From NCBI GenBank assembly GCA_964353925.1, contig CAYGWV010000048.1, forward strand, positions 1-42,655: a stretch of DNA of 42,655 nucleotides. Direction: 5' to 3'. Shown one piece after another: positions 27,031 through 36,542 of the stretch. The stretch is from an uncultured Syntrophaceae bacterium. GTDB taxonomy: Bacteria; Desulfobacterota; BSN033; UBA1163. Every line of letters starts with the position of its first letter. Position 1 is the first letter of the stretch. Made by a program: the position numbers and the translations under genes. Under the pieces are notes generated by a model that saw only the letters and a program-made list of their open reading frames with translations, was not told the DNA's origin and searched no databases.

Positions 27031-28460
27031 TGCGGCTGGAGGTATTTCAATGCCTTCTCAATTCCGGCAGCCAAAAGAGGGATCTCTTCATCGAAGACGG
27101 TTCTCATATCCAGAATCAATTCCTCTTTGCTGATTCGAGAAATAACCGGGGGATCACTCTTCCGTAGATTTTCTTCGAGGCTGTTCACGGAAAAGTCGAG
27201 AGGTTTAATGGCAACGGCCATGGTTGGAAGTTCTTGAAGGGGAAGGGCTCCACCGCCCACTTGAGAGACATCTTCTTTCAAATAGAGCGTCATCTTTTCA
27301 TCCATCATCCCCGACAACCTTTTCAGCAACTGTTTCCCTCTCTTTTTTAGCCTCTTTGTATCCAAACTCAACATGCTAAGAGCGGGAATCTCCTCCATGG
27401 CTCTCTTCTCGTCGAGGTAGAGAAGCAGGGTTGATTCGAGAGCGGCCAGGGTGAGTTTGTCGATGCGGAGGGCCCGGGTCAAGGGATTGATTTTAAAGAG
27501 GTCCAGAATTTTTTTCTTGCCCAGGATGATTCCCCCCTGTGGGCCTCCGAGGAGCTTATCCCCGCTAATGGTGACCGCATCCACACCGGTTTTGATCGTC
27601 TCTTGAACAGTAGGTTCTTTTTCTAATCCATATTGGGAGAGGTCCACGAGACAGCCGCTTCCTAAATCATCCACGATAGGAATCTGATGTTCCCTCCCGA
27701 GTTGCACCAGATCTTGGAGAGAGACTTCGGAGGTGAACCCCATCACTCTAAAATTACTAGTGTGGACTTTCAAGAGCAGAGCCGTGTGAGGGCCAAGGGC
27801 CTTCTGGTAATCGTCGAAGTGAGTACGATTGGTCGTCCCGACCTCCCTGAGCAAAGCCCCGCTTCGTTTCATGACATCGGGGATTCGAAAAGCCCCCCCG
27901 ATTTCGACCAGTTCTCCTCTCGAAACGATCACCTCCTTGCCCTCTGCAAGGGTATTCAAGGCAAGTAAGACAGCCGCGGCATTATTGTTCACCACCAGGG
28001 CTGATTCTGCTCCTGACAGACGGCACAGAATCTCTTCCACATGGGTATAACGGTCTCCGCGTTCACCCCGATCCAGGTCATATTCTAAATTGGAATAGGT
28101 TTTGGAGACCTCCATCAGATGTTTAATCGCAGAAGGGTGAAGTGGAGCTCTTCCTAGATTGGTGTGGATAACCACACCGGTCGCATTAATCACTCTGCGG
28201 AGATGGGGCTGAATCTGGAGATCGATCTCTTTCTGGAAAAGAGGGCAGAGGTTTTCGAAAGAGAAAAAGGCCTCTCCCAGTTGAGAGAGGTCTTGTTTGC
28301 GGAGGATTTCATCGCGCAGTCGTCCCAATCCCTTTCGGATGGCTTCGACCACGACATTGCGGGGATGGACCTTTAAGAGGTCAACGATCTCTGGCCTTGA
28401 GAGGATATCATCGACGCTTGGAATCTTACGGAGCACCTGTTGACGAAGGGATGGAGACAT
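27027..28460 (-). CDS. selA: L-seryl-tRNA(Sec) selenium transferase
   Basis: 477 aa with PLP-lysine motif ISGDKLLGGPQGG. GAGGAGG RBS 6 nt before ATG 28460. Confidence 0.9.
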   Translation of the reverse strand: MSPSLRQQVLRKIPSVDDILSRPEIVDLLKVHPRNVVVEAIRKGLGRLRDEILRKQDLSQLGEAFFSFENLCPLFQKEIDLQIQPHLRRVINATGVVIHTNLGRAPLHPSAIKHLMEVSKTYSNLEYDLDRGERGDRYTHVEEILCRLSGAESALVVNNNAAAVLLALNTLAEGKEVIVSRGELVEIGGAFRIPDVMKRSGALLREVGTTNRTHFDDYQKALGPHTALLLKVHTSNFRVMGFTSEVSLQDLVQLGREHQIPIVDDLGSGCLVDLSQYGLEKEPTVQETIKTGVDAVTISGDKLLGGPQGGIILGKKKILDLFKINPLTRALRIDKLTLAALESTLLLYLDEKRAMEEIPALSMLSLDTKRLKKRGKQLLKRLSGMMDEKMTLYLKEDVSQVGGGALPLQELPTMAVAIKPLDFSVNSLEENLRKSDPPVISRISKEELILDMRTVFDEEIPLLAAGIEKALKYLQPQ

Positions 28461-30198
28461 TGGGTTTCCTCCTCATCAGGAGTGTTTTAAAGATCTTAAT
28501 GAAGTTCATTCGAATGAATCGGGTGGGCCACTCCAGTTCTTTTTTCTCACAGATGGTGGACATGCTATAGCGGCGGAGGGAGTGACGTCCGCTTGAAATG
28601 GACTGCAAGATAATCTCTCTCTCTCTGGCATCTGGAAGAGCCATGATCCGGTCGATCTCCTTCATCATCCGGACGGACCCCTCAAGCCGACCCTCGACCG
28701 ATTCTGCGGTCTTCGGGTCGATTAGCCCGAATTGGGCCTTCAGCCGGTTGAGTCTTTTCCCGGCTTCGTAGGTGCTGTAAACGATCTCATCCCGATTCAT
28801 CCATTCCGTTTCATAGTTGAGGATATATTTCCAGCTGGGAGACAATGAGGCCTGACGGTGTTCTTCCACGGTTCGATAAAGCAGACGGTATCCATATTTT
28901 TCTGGCGCTTCAAAGACAGTACTTCCGGGATCCAAGAAGGGGGCCAGGGGAGAGATGAAGGGATAGAGTTTGTTGTAAGAGCGAAATCGTTCTAATAGGG
29001 AATGACAATAATCGACCGTTTCCAGAACGGATGGAAAGGTTTGTTTTGGAAGGCCGGTCATGAAGAACAGATCAATCCGCTTCGAGCCAAGATCGACAGC
29101 ATCCCCGATCATCCTTTCCAGCGATTCGTTGTTGTAAGGTCTTCCGAAAGCCCTCCGGACCTCCTCATCGTGAGACTCAGGAGAGATTTCGATATTGAAG
29201 TTGAGAATGGACTCAGCAATCCTTTTCAGTTGAGCCCTCGTGGGAGGAACAAAAAATTCAAAAGCGATATGGTTGCTGATCGGCCTGCTCTTCATCTCCT
29301 GAAGAAAAGTGGAACTATATTCTTCTCCGGGTTGAAAGATATCGCCGATGATCATCACCGGAGCATGAAGGTGATCCGAGACATTGAAGATATCTTGTGC
29401 CAGTAACTTGGGGTTGCGATAGGCGGGTTTCCTGCGGTTGGCCATCGTTCGAAAGGTCTGCGCCGAGCCTCCGCAAGTTCTGCAAGAGTAGGTGCATCCC
29501 CGGCAGGTGAAGACGGCTGTCACGGGATAGGTGTACCAATCCACAAAAGGCTGGTACCCTGTGGGATCAAGATACCTCACCACCTTCTTCATGATGTGAC
29601 TGTAATCGATCGTCATCTCGTCAAGGTTCTCTGGTACATGGGTGAGGGGATTGACCTGAATTCGGTTTTTTTCATCCCGGTAGGTGAGGTTAGGAATACT
29701 TTTGAACTCTCCGCCTTTTTTGATGGTTTGAAGGAGTTGGACCAACGGTTTCTCTGTGGAATCTCCTCTCATCACAAAATCAATAAATGGATATTGACGG
29801 AGTATCTCTTCATGATAATACGTGGCAGAGAGCCCACCTAAGATGACAGGGATGTTGGGATGAAACCGTTTAATGATCTCTGCGAGGGCCAATGCTCCCT
29901 GGACATGGGCCATCCAATGGAGATCGATCCCGAAGGCCAGAGGCTTATTTTTCTGGATGAGCCGCTCCACATCGAATTTCTCATCCTTCAGCATCTTCAT
30001 GGCCACATTGATGATCCTGACCTTAAGACCATGGCGTTCCAAATATTCTGAGAGGCTGGCAAACCCAATGGGATACATTTCAAAGATGGGGGTGGAGGGA
30101 ACGACATCGCTGATCGGACCATGGATCCCGGGCCGCTTTCTAAAGTCGTAAAGGGTAGGGGGATGCAAAAGGATGAGATCAATACTTGCCATCTTCAT
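28426..30198 (-). CDS. B12-binding-domain radical SAM protein (class B), subfamily unassigned
   Basis: N-terminal Rossmann-like B12-type domain (LILLHPP ... VILGGLSATY) and cluster motif CRGCTYSCRTC (CxxxCxxC). Its start overlaps the upstream gene's stop (TGATG), and its 3' end overlaps selA by 35 nt. Confidence 0.8.
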   Translation of the reverse strand: MKMASIDLILLHPPTLYDFRKRPGIHGPISDVVPSTPIFEMYPIGFASLSEYLERHGLKVRIINVAMKMLKDEKFDVERLIQKNKPLAFGIDLHWMAHVQGALALAEIIKRFHPNIPVILGGLSATYYHEEILRQYPFIDFVMRGDSTEKPLVQLLQTIKKGGEFKSIPNLTYRDEKNRIQVNPLTHVPENLDEMTIDYSHIMKKVVRYLDPTGYQPFVDWYTYPVTAVFTCRGCTYSCRTCGGSAQTFRTMANRRKPAYRNPKLLAQDIFNVSDHLHAPVMIIGDIFQPGEEYSSTFLQEMKSRPISNHIAFEFFVPPTRAQLKRIAESILNFNIEISPESHDEEVRRAFGRPYNNESLERMIGDAVDLGSKRIDLFFMTGLPKQTFPSVLETVDYCHSLLERFRSYNKLYPFISPLAPFLDPGSTVFEAPEKYGYRLLYRTVEEHRQASLSPSWKYILNYETEWMNRDEIVYSTYEAGKRLNRLKAQFGLIDPKTAESVEGRLEGSVRMMKEIDRIMALPDAREREIILQSISSGRHSLRRYSMSTICEKKELEWPTRFIRMNFIKIFKTLLMRRKPNVSIPSSTGAP

Positions 30199-31334
30199 CA
30201 CTTCGGAGGCACAGGGTTCTCTGTGGTTTGGGTTTTTGCCTTATAGGCTTCGACCGACCTTTTAATCTCGGGATCGTCCTTCATCTGTTCATGTAGTGAA
30301 ATGACGCGATTCATAAATTGGTTTTTACCCCGGAGCTGGCTCAGGGTTCGTTCAGCCTCTTCCTTGGCCTTTCGCAATTGTGTTCTTTCAGCCTCTGGCA
30401 TTGCCTTAGAACTTAATCGTTCGTTGTAACTCTTGAGGTTGTTCTCCAAAGATAGTCTTGTTGCCGAATTGTAAAAGACCGGCTCACTGTTATAAAAGAG
30501 GAGGTCAAGTCTTCCTCCAATCATTCCTCGAGAAGCGGTCTGCAGAATAATGATGTTTTTGATGACGGGGGGATAGGGGAGATTGATCCCGGTATGGCCC
30601 CCCGAGATGACATTGATTCCTTGGACCCTCTGAGCGAATTCGATATCCTTCGCATAGCCCAGATGGCTCAGGAGAATGATCAAATCGGTTTTTGGCTTAA
30701 GTTCTCTGACCATCGCCTCTGCTGTTTCGATGGGTGAACGAAAATTCAATCCCTTCTTTCGAGGATCAGAAGGACTTGCAAAGAAATCGGGTGAGAGAAG
30801 GCTGAACAGACCAATTCGAAGACCATTCATTTCTTTAATGAGAGAGGTTTGAAAAAGATTTTTGCCGGATGCCTCGTCGAGAAGGTTGGAACATAGGAAT
30901 GGAAAGTTAGCCTTCTTCGAAATTTCCAATAGAAATTCCTTCCCGAAGGTTAAATCATCATCCCCAATTCCCATGGCATCGTAACCCATTAAATTGAAGC
31001 TCTCGATGATGAGATGGGCCTTTCCGGCCATTGCTGTTAACTCGTTTTCCGGAATGGGATTAACATATTTCTTAAAAAGGAGATCGCCCGCATCTAAAAC
31101 GAGTATTCCCTTTTCACTCTCCCGTAAATCCTTCACCCACGCTCCTCTTCTGGCCAGACCGCCAGCTCGATTCTTTTCCCCTCAGGTCGGGCAGGGGTCA
31201 ATCTCCCCATTGATATTATTGCTATAGACGAGGGTAAGAGTCTTAGGTGATTTTTGGGCATGGGATGGAGATGCATTGAAGAGCAAGAAAAATCCCAGAA
31301 CCAAACCGCCGGTCACAAACCATTTTCCATTCAT
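30198..31334 (-). CDS. secreted metallophosphoesterase / 5'-nucleotidase-N-terminal-like protein with in-frame UGA (candidate selenocysteine, motif C-P-T-U)
   Basis: ORFs 31182..31370 and 30198..31136 are in the same frame, separated only by TGA 31182-31184. Together they reconstitute one phosphoesterase-fold domain (motif I region upstream of the UGA, LDAGD downstream). Signal peptide MNGKWFVTGGLVLGFFLLFNASPSHA. Confidence 0.6.
31150..31165 (-). promoter_or_regulatory. candidate minimal SECIS hairpin
   Basis: CUGGC-GGUCUG-GCCAG begins 16 nt after the UGA, with GGU in the apical loop. It is only 5 bp, so the evidence is weak by itself. Confidence 0.3.
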
Positions 31335-31374
31335 ACCATCTACCTTTAAATAAAAATATTTATACCCCATCCAT

Positions 31375-31545
31375 CCTTCGAAAACAAGTATCAGTCATTC
31401 GTCAGCGAAATACTCTCCGCCTCGATTCCTGCCTGCTGGTGCACCATATCATTTGAGATTGCTTCTCCTGCACCGGCAGTATCGCAAGGCCCCCGTTGCT
31501 AAAGGGAGGGGTGACGAATTACGAGACCCAGACACGGTCACGGCA
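31375..31545. repeat. GC-rich REP-like elements
   Basis: gtcattcgtcagcgaaatactctccgcctcgattcctgcctgctggtgcacc ... agattgcttctcctgcaccggcagtatcgcaagg. Same style as the other GC-rich elements in the window. Confidence 0.5.
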
Positions 31546-31549
31546 CTTT

Positions 31550-32401
31550 CTATGTAATCCAGGGATTGGGGACTGGTCTCTTATAGCCTTTTTGGGAGGC
31601 CAGAATATCGAGATGGAGGGTGGCCAGGTCCTCTAAAACCGGATCTGACTCCTGCAGGTTTCTGTAATCGATGGTTTTAATATATTGACGACATTTGTCA
31701 CAAAGATCAATGCGATGGGTTTCCTCTCCCTCTCCATAAAAATAATGAAGAGATTGCTGATCTTTGTTTTTGCAGAAAGGGCAGAATATTCGATCCATTC
31801 TCCACTGATAGCCACAGAAGGAACAGAGGAGATACCGCTTTCCCACCTCTTCTTTCAATAGACTTAACGAGGGGAGAGAGCCACACAGAGGACAATAGCC
31901 TTTCAGCCAGGTTTCAGGATCGAGTTCGCTGCGAAGCCGTTCCACTCCGGCTTCAATCGAAGGCCTGATGCTGCTGCGAAATAAAAATAAAAAAACATTT
32001 TTGTCCAGTCCAAGTTCTTCGACAATCTCCTCCCTCCGTTGCTCCTTTAATCCGCCCCCCAGTAATTTCTTCAAGTCTATTCTTTTGTCGTCGATAGCTT
32101 CTTTGATCTTTTTCAGCTGCTCAGCCATATGCGGGTTTGCATTTTTCCCGACCTGACAAAGTGTTTCGAAGAGCTTAACGGATGATTCAATATCCAATGG
32201 GAAATCTTCTTTCTGAATCAATGAGAAGCCTTCTTTGGAGAGGAGTTTCTTCCATTCCTTCCCGAGTTGTGCGGAATCAATCTCTAAAGGGGCTTTTACT
32301 TTTTCTTGCGCTTCTTTGACGCTTTGATAGAAATCAAGGATCTTTCCATAGCCAGGTCTTTTCTTTTTAATCTGTTGAATTCTTTCTTTTAACCTATCCA
32401 A
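31550..32401 (-). CDS. fdhE: formate dehydrogenase accessory protein FdhE
   Basis: Four CxxC pairs (CPLCGS, CSFCGY, CPFCKN, CDKCRQY) in a 283-aa protein next to fdhAB. Confidence 0.85.
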   Translation of the reverse strand: MDRLKERIQQIKKKRPGYGKILDFYQSVKEAQEKVKAPLEIDSAQLGKEWKKLLSKEGFSLIQKEDFPLDIESSVKLFETLCQVGKNANPHMAEQLKKIKEAIDDKRIDLKKLLGGGLKEQRREEIVEELGLDKNVFLFLFRSSIRPSIEAGVERLRSELDPETWLKGYCPLCGSLPSLSLLKEEVGKRYLLCSFCGYQWRMDRIFCPFCKNKDQQSLHYFYGEGEETHRIDLCDKCRQYIKTIDYRNLQESDPVLEDLATLHLDILASQKGYKRPVPNPWIT

Positions 32402-32730
32402 TCATTCCTCCAATCTCTAAAAGTTTCCCCTCCCTTGGCGCCTGCCTGCGCGAAGCCCCGCCTTGCGGGACGAAGGCAGGGGAGGGGATAGAGGGGGGGA
32501 AAATTGATATCTCCACCCTCACCCCCGCCCTCTCCCGTTAAGGGAGAGGGAGAAGCCTGTCGATGAGGGATGGTAATGGAAAAAAACGGGCTTGTTTCGT
32601 GACTCCCGTTCGAAACAAGCCCTGGTTTTCCCCCTTACTAAGGTTTTCCTCTCACCCTTCCCGTTCGGCTGAGCTCACGGCGAAGCCCTCTCTCCAGTAA
32701 GGGAGAGGGATGAGGTGAGGGGGTAGGGTT
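32402..32730. repeat. cluster of at least four GC-rich palindromic elements
   Basis: gcgaagccccgccttgcgggacgaaggc; ccctctcccgttaagggagaggg; gggcttgtttcg..cgaaacaagccc; ccctctctccagtaagggagaggg. Confidence 0.75.
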
Positions 32731-33465
32731 CTATCCGATCATGTGTCGAAGGTCGCTCAAAGGTTGAAAGAGACGTCTGAGCGCCATCTTCCTTGTAATG
32801 CCAATGGCGTTCTCCGCCACAGCGAATTTGTGATACTTTTTGGGATCATCCGCTAGGAGATAGATTATCCGAACATCATCGGGATTGCCAAGCATGGCAT
32901 CTTTATAAACTTTTTTCACCTCTTCCAACCTCTTGTTAGCTTTGTCGATGATGTCTTTTCTATCTCCAAAGTTCATTGCTCCAGTCGGGCACGTCTTGAC
33001 ACAAGCCGGCAGCATCCCTTCTTTGACTCGGTCAATACACATTGTGCATTTGGCCATTACCCCCATTCTCTCATCCCATCGAGGAATATCATAGGGACAA
33101 GATTCTCGGATGGCTTTAAGATCGGCTGGCTTCACTTTTATCTTTGGATTGAAAACCACTGCGCCTGTGGCCTCATCCTTGGGAATGGCCTTGGATCCCA
33201 AGGATTCGGCCGTAGCCTTGCAGGGTGGTTCCATACAGTGTCTGCACTGATCAGGGAAGAAATACCACTTCGGATTCCCATTCTCTTCGAACTCGCTGAA
33301 CCTCACCAATTTGTAGGTGAAGAAGTTGAGATCCTGAGGATTTTGGTGACTTCCACGCTGGATGGTCTTTGTTCCTGGATTTCTATTCCACTGCTTGCAG
33401 GCAATCTGACATCCCCTGCAGGCTGTGCATTTGGTCGTATCTATGAAAAAGGATTTGTCTGCCAT
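32731..33465 (-). CDS. fdhB: formate dehydrogenase iron-sulfur (beta) subunit
   Basis: Multiple 4Fe-4S motifs (CTACRGCQIACK, CRHCMEPPC, CTMCIDR ... PACVKTCP). I see no C-terminal membrane anchor. Confidence 0.85.
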   Translation of the reverse strand: MADKSFFIDTTKCTACRGCQIACKQWNRNPGTKTIQRGSHQNPQDLNFFTYKLVRFSEFEENGNPKWYFFPDQCRHCMEPPCKATAESLGSKAIPKDEATGAVVFNPKIKVKPADLKAIRESCPYDIPRWDERMGVMAKCTMCIDRVKEGMLPACVKTCPTGAMNFGDRKDIIDKANKRLEEVKKVYKDAMLGNPDDVRIIYLLADDPKKYHKFAVAENAIGITRKMALRRLFQPLSDLRHMIG

Positions 33466-33479
33466 TTAAGTCACCTCCT

Positions 33480-36400
33480 TTAACTTTTTACCGGCTTCTT
33501 CGCCGGTTGTTTGGCCAATTTTCTTACATTGACCATGAATGCCTTCGATTCAGGGATCATCGTATTGGGATCCCCGATCGTTGGGGTGAGCAGATTGGCA
33601 CTCTCCCCACCATCCTTCGGATGGAGCCAGCCGAAATGCCAGGGAATTCCTACTTGGTGAACGGTCTGGCCAGCAATGTTGAACGGTTTTAAGCGAAATG
33701 TCACGATGGCCACAGCTTCCACTTTGCCTCGGGCCGTTTCCACAATCACCCTGTCACCGTTCTTGATCTCTCTGAGCTTGGCCAGCTCCAGACTCATCTC
33801 GCAAAACATTTGAGGTTCAGCCTCGATGAGCCAGGGAAGCCAGCGGGTGAGAACTCCGGTCTGCCAGTGTTCAGTTACACGATAGGTTGAGCAAACAAAA
33901 GGATATTTGGGATCGCAAGTAAGGAACGTATCCAGGCCCCCTTCAAAGATTTTGATGACCGGATTGATCCTCTGGTTGGACATCAAGTTCTTTTCAATGG
34001 GACACTCCAGGGGTTCATAATGTTCGGGGAAGGGCCCATCTTTTAGTCCAGGTCCGAAAATCGAGGCTACGCCATCCGGTTTCATGATGAACGGATAGAC
34101 TCCGGTGGTTCCCATCGGAGGTACGGCATTGTCGGGAACATCCCCTATCCATCGTTTATTGTCTGCGTCCCATTTGAGCAAAGGCCGTTTTGGATCCCTT
34201 GGATTTCCATCCAGATCTACAGAAGCTCGGTTGTAAATGATTCTTCTGTTGAGTGGCCAACACCATGACCACTCCGGATAGAGGCCCAATCCAGTCGGAT
34301 CAGTCTTCTTTCTTCGGGCGGCCATATTTCCAGCCTCGGTATAACTGGCAGAATAGAGCCAGTCCCCGCAGGAGGTCCGGCCATCATCGAGAAGGTAAAC
34401 AAAGTTCGGGACAAGCGTTCCTTTTTTATAAGCCTTCTTGTCAACGGGATGTTCCGGGATATCTTCCATAAAGTAGCCGTTAATTTCTTTGGCTATCTTA
34501 TGGACATCCAAATGGCCATTGGTCTCATAGTCCCATTTCAAATTCAATATGGGTTCAGGGAAAGCCCCTTTCTCTTTTTCATAGAGAGCTTTCAGTTTCT
34601 TAAATAACTCAAACATGATATCTGCATCGGGTTTGGCCACTCCCGGGGGATTGCATGCCTTATTACGCCACTGCATCCAACGGCCGCTGTTGCTGATGCT
34701 TCCTTCCTTTTCCAAAAAGGCTGCGCAAGGTAGCTGAAAGACCTCGGTTTTGATCTTGTTTGGATCCATCCCTGGGCCTTTCCAGAAGGACCCAGTCTCA
34801 TTATCGAAGACATTCACATTGACCATCCAGTCAAGCTTGGTGAATGCCTGACGGACCTTCCCCGCGTTGGCGCTTGAACAGGCTGGGTTCATACCCCACG
34901 CAAAGAAACCTGTGAAAGATCCTTTATACATTTCGTCAAAGAGATTCAACCAGGAAGCGTCTTGACCCGTATCGAGTTTCGGCATCCATGCATAACCAAA
35001 TTCATTCTCTTTTGTGGCTTTATCCCCAAACGTCGATTTCAAAAGACTGGCCACATATTTAGGTCGATTCTTCCACCAGTTGACACTTCGGGGATCCTTT
35101 GAGGCTGGCGTGGTTTTATTGTAATCGGCCAAGGTTGCTAAATGAGCTTGGGGATTAGGTAAGTATCCTGGCCAGATATGAAAGAGGAGCCCTGCATCGG
35201 TCGAGCCCTGAACATTCGATTCGCCTCGAAGGGCATTTACGCCTCCGCCTGCAATGCCCATATTTCCAAGAAGTGATTGGATGATGGACATGGCCCGGAT
35301 ATTCTGAACGCCCACGGTATGCTGCGTCCACCCCATGGCGTATAACACGGTCCCGCTTTTATCCGGAGCGCCGGTAGCCCCATACGCCCTATAAACTTTT
35401 TCCAAATCTGCCACTGGAGTTCCTGTGATTTCCGAAACCTTCTGGAGCGTATAGCGGGAATAATGTTTCTTGAGAAGTTGCAAGGCACAACGGGGATCCT
35501 GCAGGCTCATATCCCTCTGGGGAATCCCCTGCTCGTCCTTTTCTAATGCCCAGGTGGATGCATCATAAGCCCTTTTCGATGGATCATAGCCCGAGAAAAG
35601 CCCGTCATCGAATCCGTACTTGGGATTCGCGATGGAAGAGGCATTGGTGTAGTTCTTGACGTAGAACTCATCATAGAGATTATTGTCCAGAATGTACTTG
35701 ATCATCCCGCCAAGAAAAGCGATATCGGTTCCTGAACGAAGTCTGGCAAAGATATCAGCTTTGGTGGATGTTCGAGTGAATCTTGGGTCCACATGGATAA
35801 AGATAGTGCCCTTATCCTTGGCCGCTTGGATCCATTTAAATGAAACGGGGTGGTTTTCGGCAACATTGCTACCCATATTCAAAATCACATCGGCATTACG
35901 AAAATCGATGTAATGATTGGTCATTGCACCGCGTCCGAACGACTCTCCCAGAGCCGCTACAGTTGCGCTGTGTCAGATACGAGCCTGGTGCTCAATATAA
36001 ACGAGGCCCAGGGACCTAAGAAACTTTTGGTAGAGCCAGCATTCCTCATTGTCCATGGCTGCGCTTCCCACAGAGGCGATGCCATTGGTCCGGTTCACAA
36101 CCTGGCCTTTTGCATTTTTCTCCATGAAGCTCTTGTCGCGGCTCTTCTTGATGTTCGCTGCAATCTTGTTCAGAGCCCATTCCCAACTGACTTCTTTCCA
36201 TGCAGCGCTGGAGGGCGCGCGGTAAAGGACTTTCTGTAAACGATTGGGATTGACCGCGATTTGATAGCTTGAGCCCCCTTTTGGGCACAGGGCGCCTTCG
36301 TTGATGGGATGGTCGGGATCCCCCTCGGCATTGATCACCTTCCCTTTGGCATCGGTATGGACGATAATACCGCAGCCGACCGAGCAGTAGCAGCAGACCG

Positions 36401-36542
36401 TGGTGGTTGGCTTGGCCCCTTTAATTCGTAATTCCTGGGCATAGACCTCGGCTGGAGAGAGGTCGAATCCTAGGCCACCCATCACCGTCCCGGAGGCTGT
36501 TGCCCCAGAAATCTTCAAAAATGTTCTTCTGGTAATTTTCAT
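33480..36542 (-). CDS. fdhA: periplasmic formate dehydrogenase catalytic (alpha) subunit, selenocysteine-containing
   Basis: Tat signal MKITRRTFLK. ORFs 35973..36542 and 33480..35924 join in frame through TGA 35973-35975, giving HQARI-U-HSATVAALGESFG, the canonical Sec position of FdnG-type enzymes. Confidence 0.9.
35938..35958 (-). promoter_or_regulatory. candidate SECIS hairpin of fdhA
   Basis: AGCGGCUCU-GGG-AGAGUCGUU (9 bp including G-U pairs) starts 14 nt after the UGA. Hand-folded only. Confidence 0.4.
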
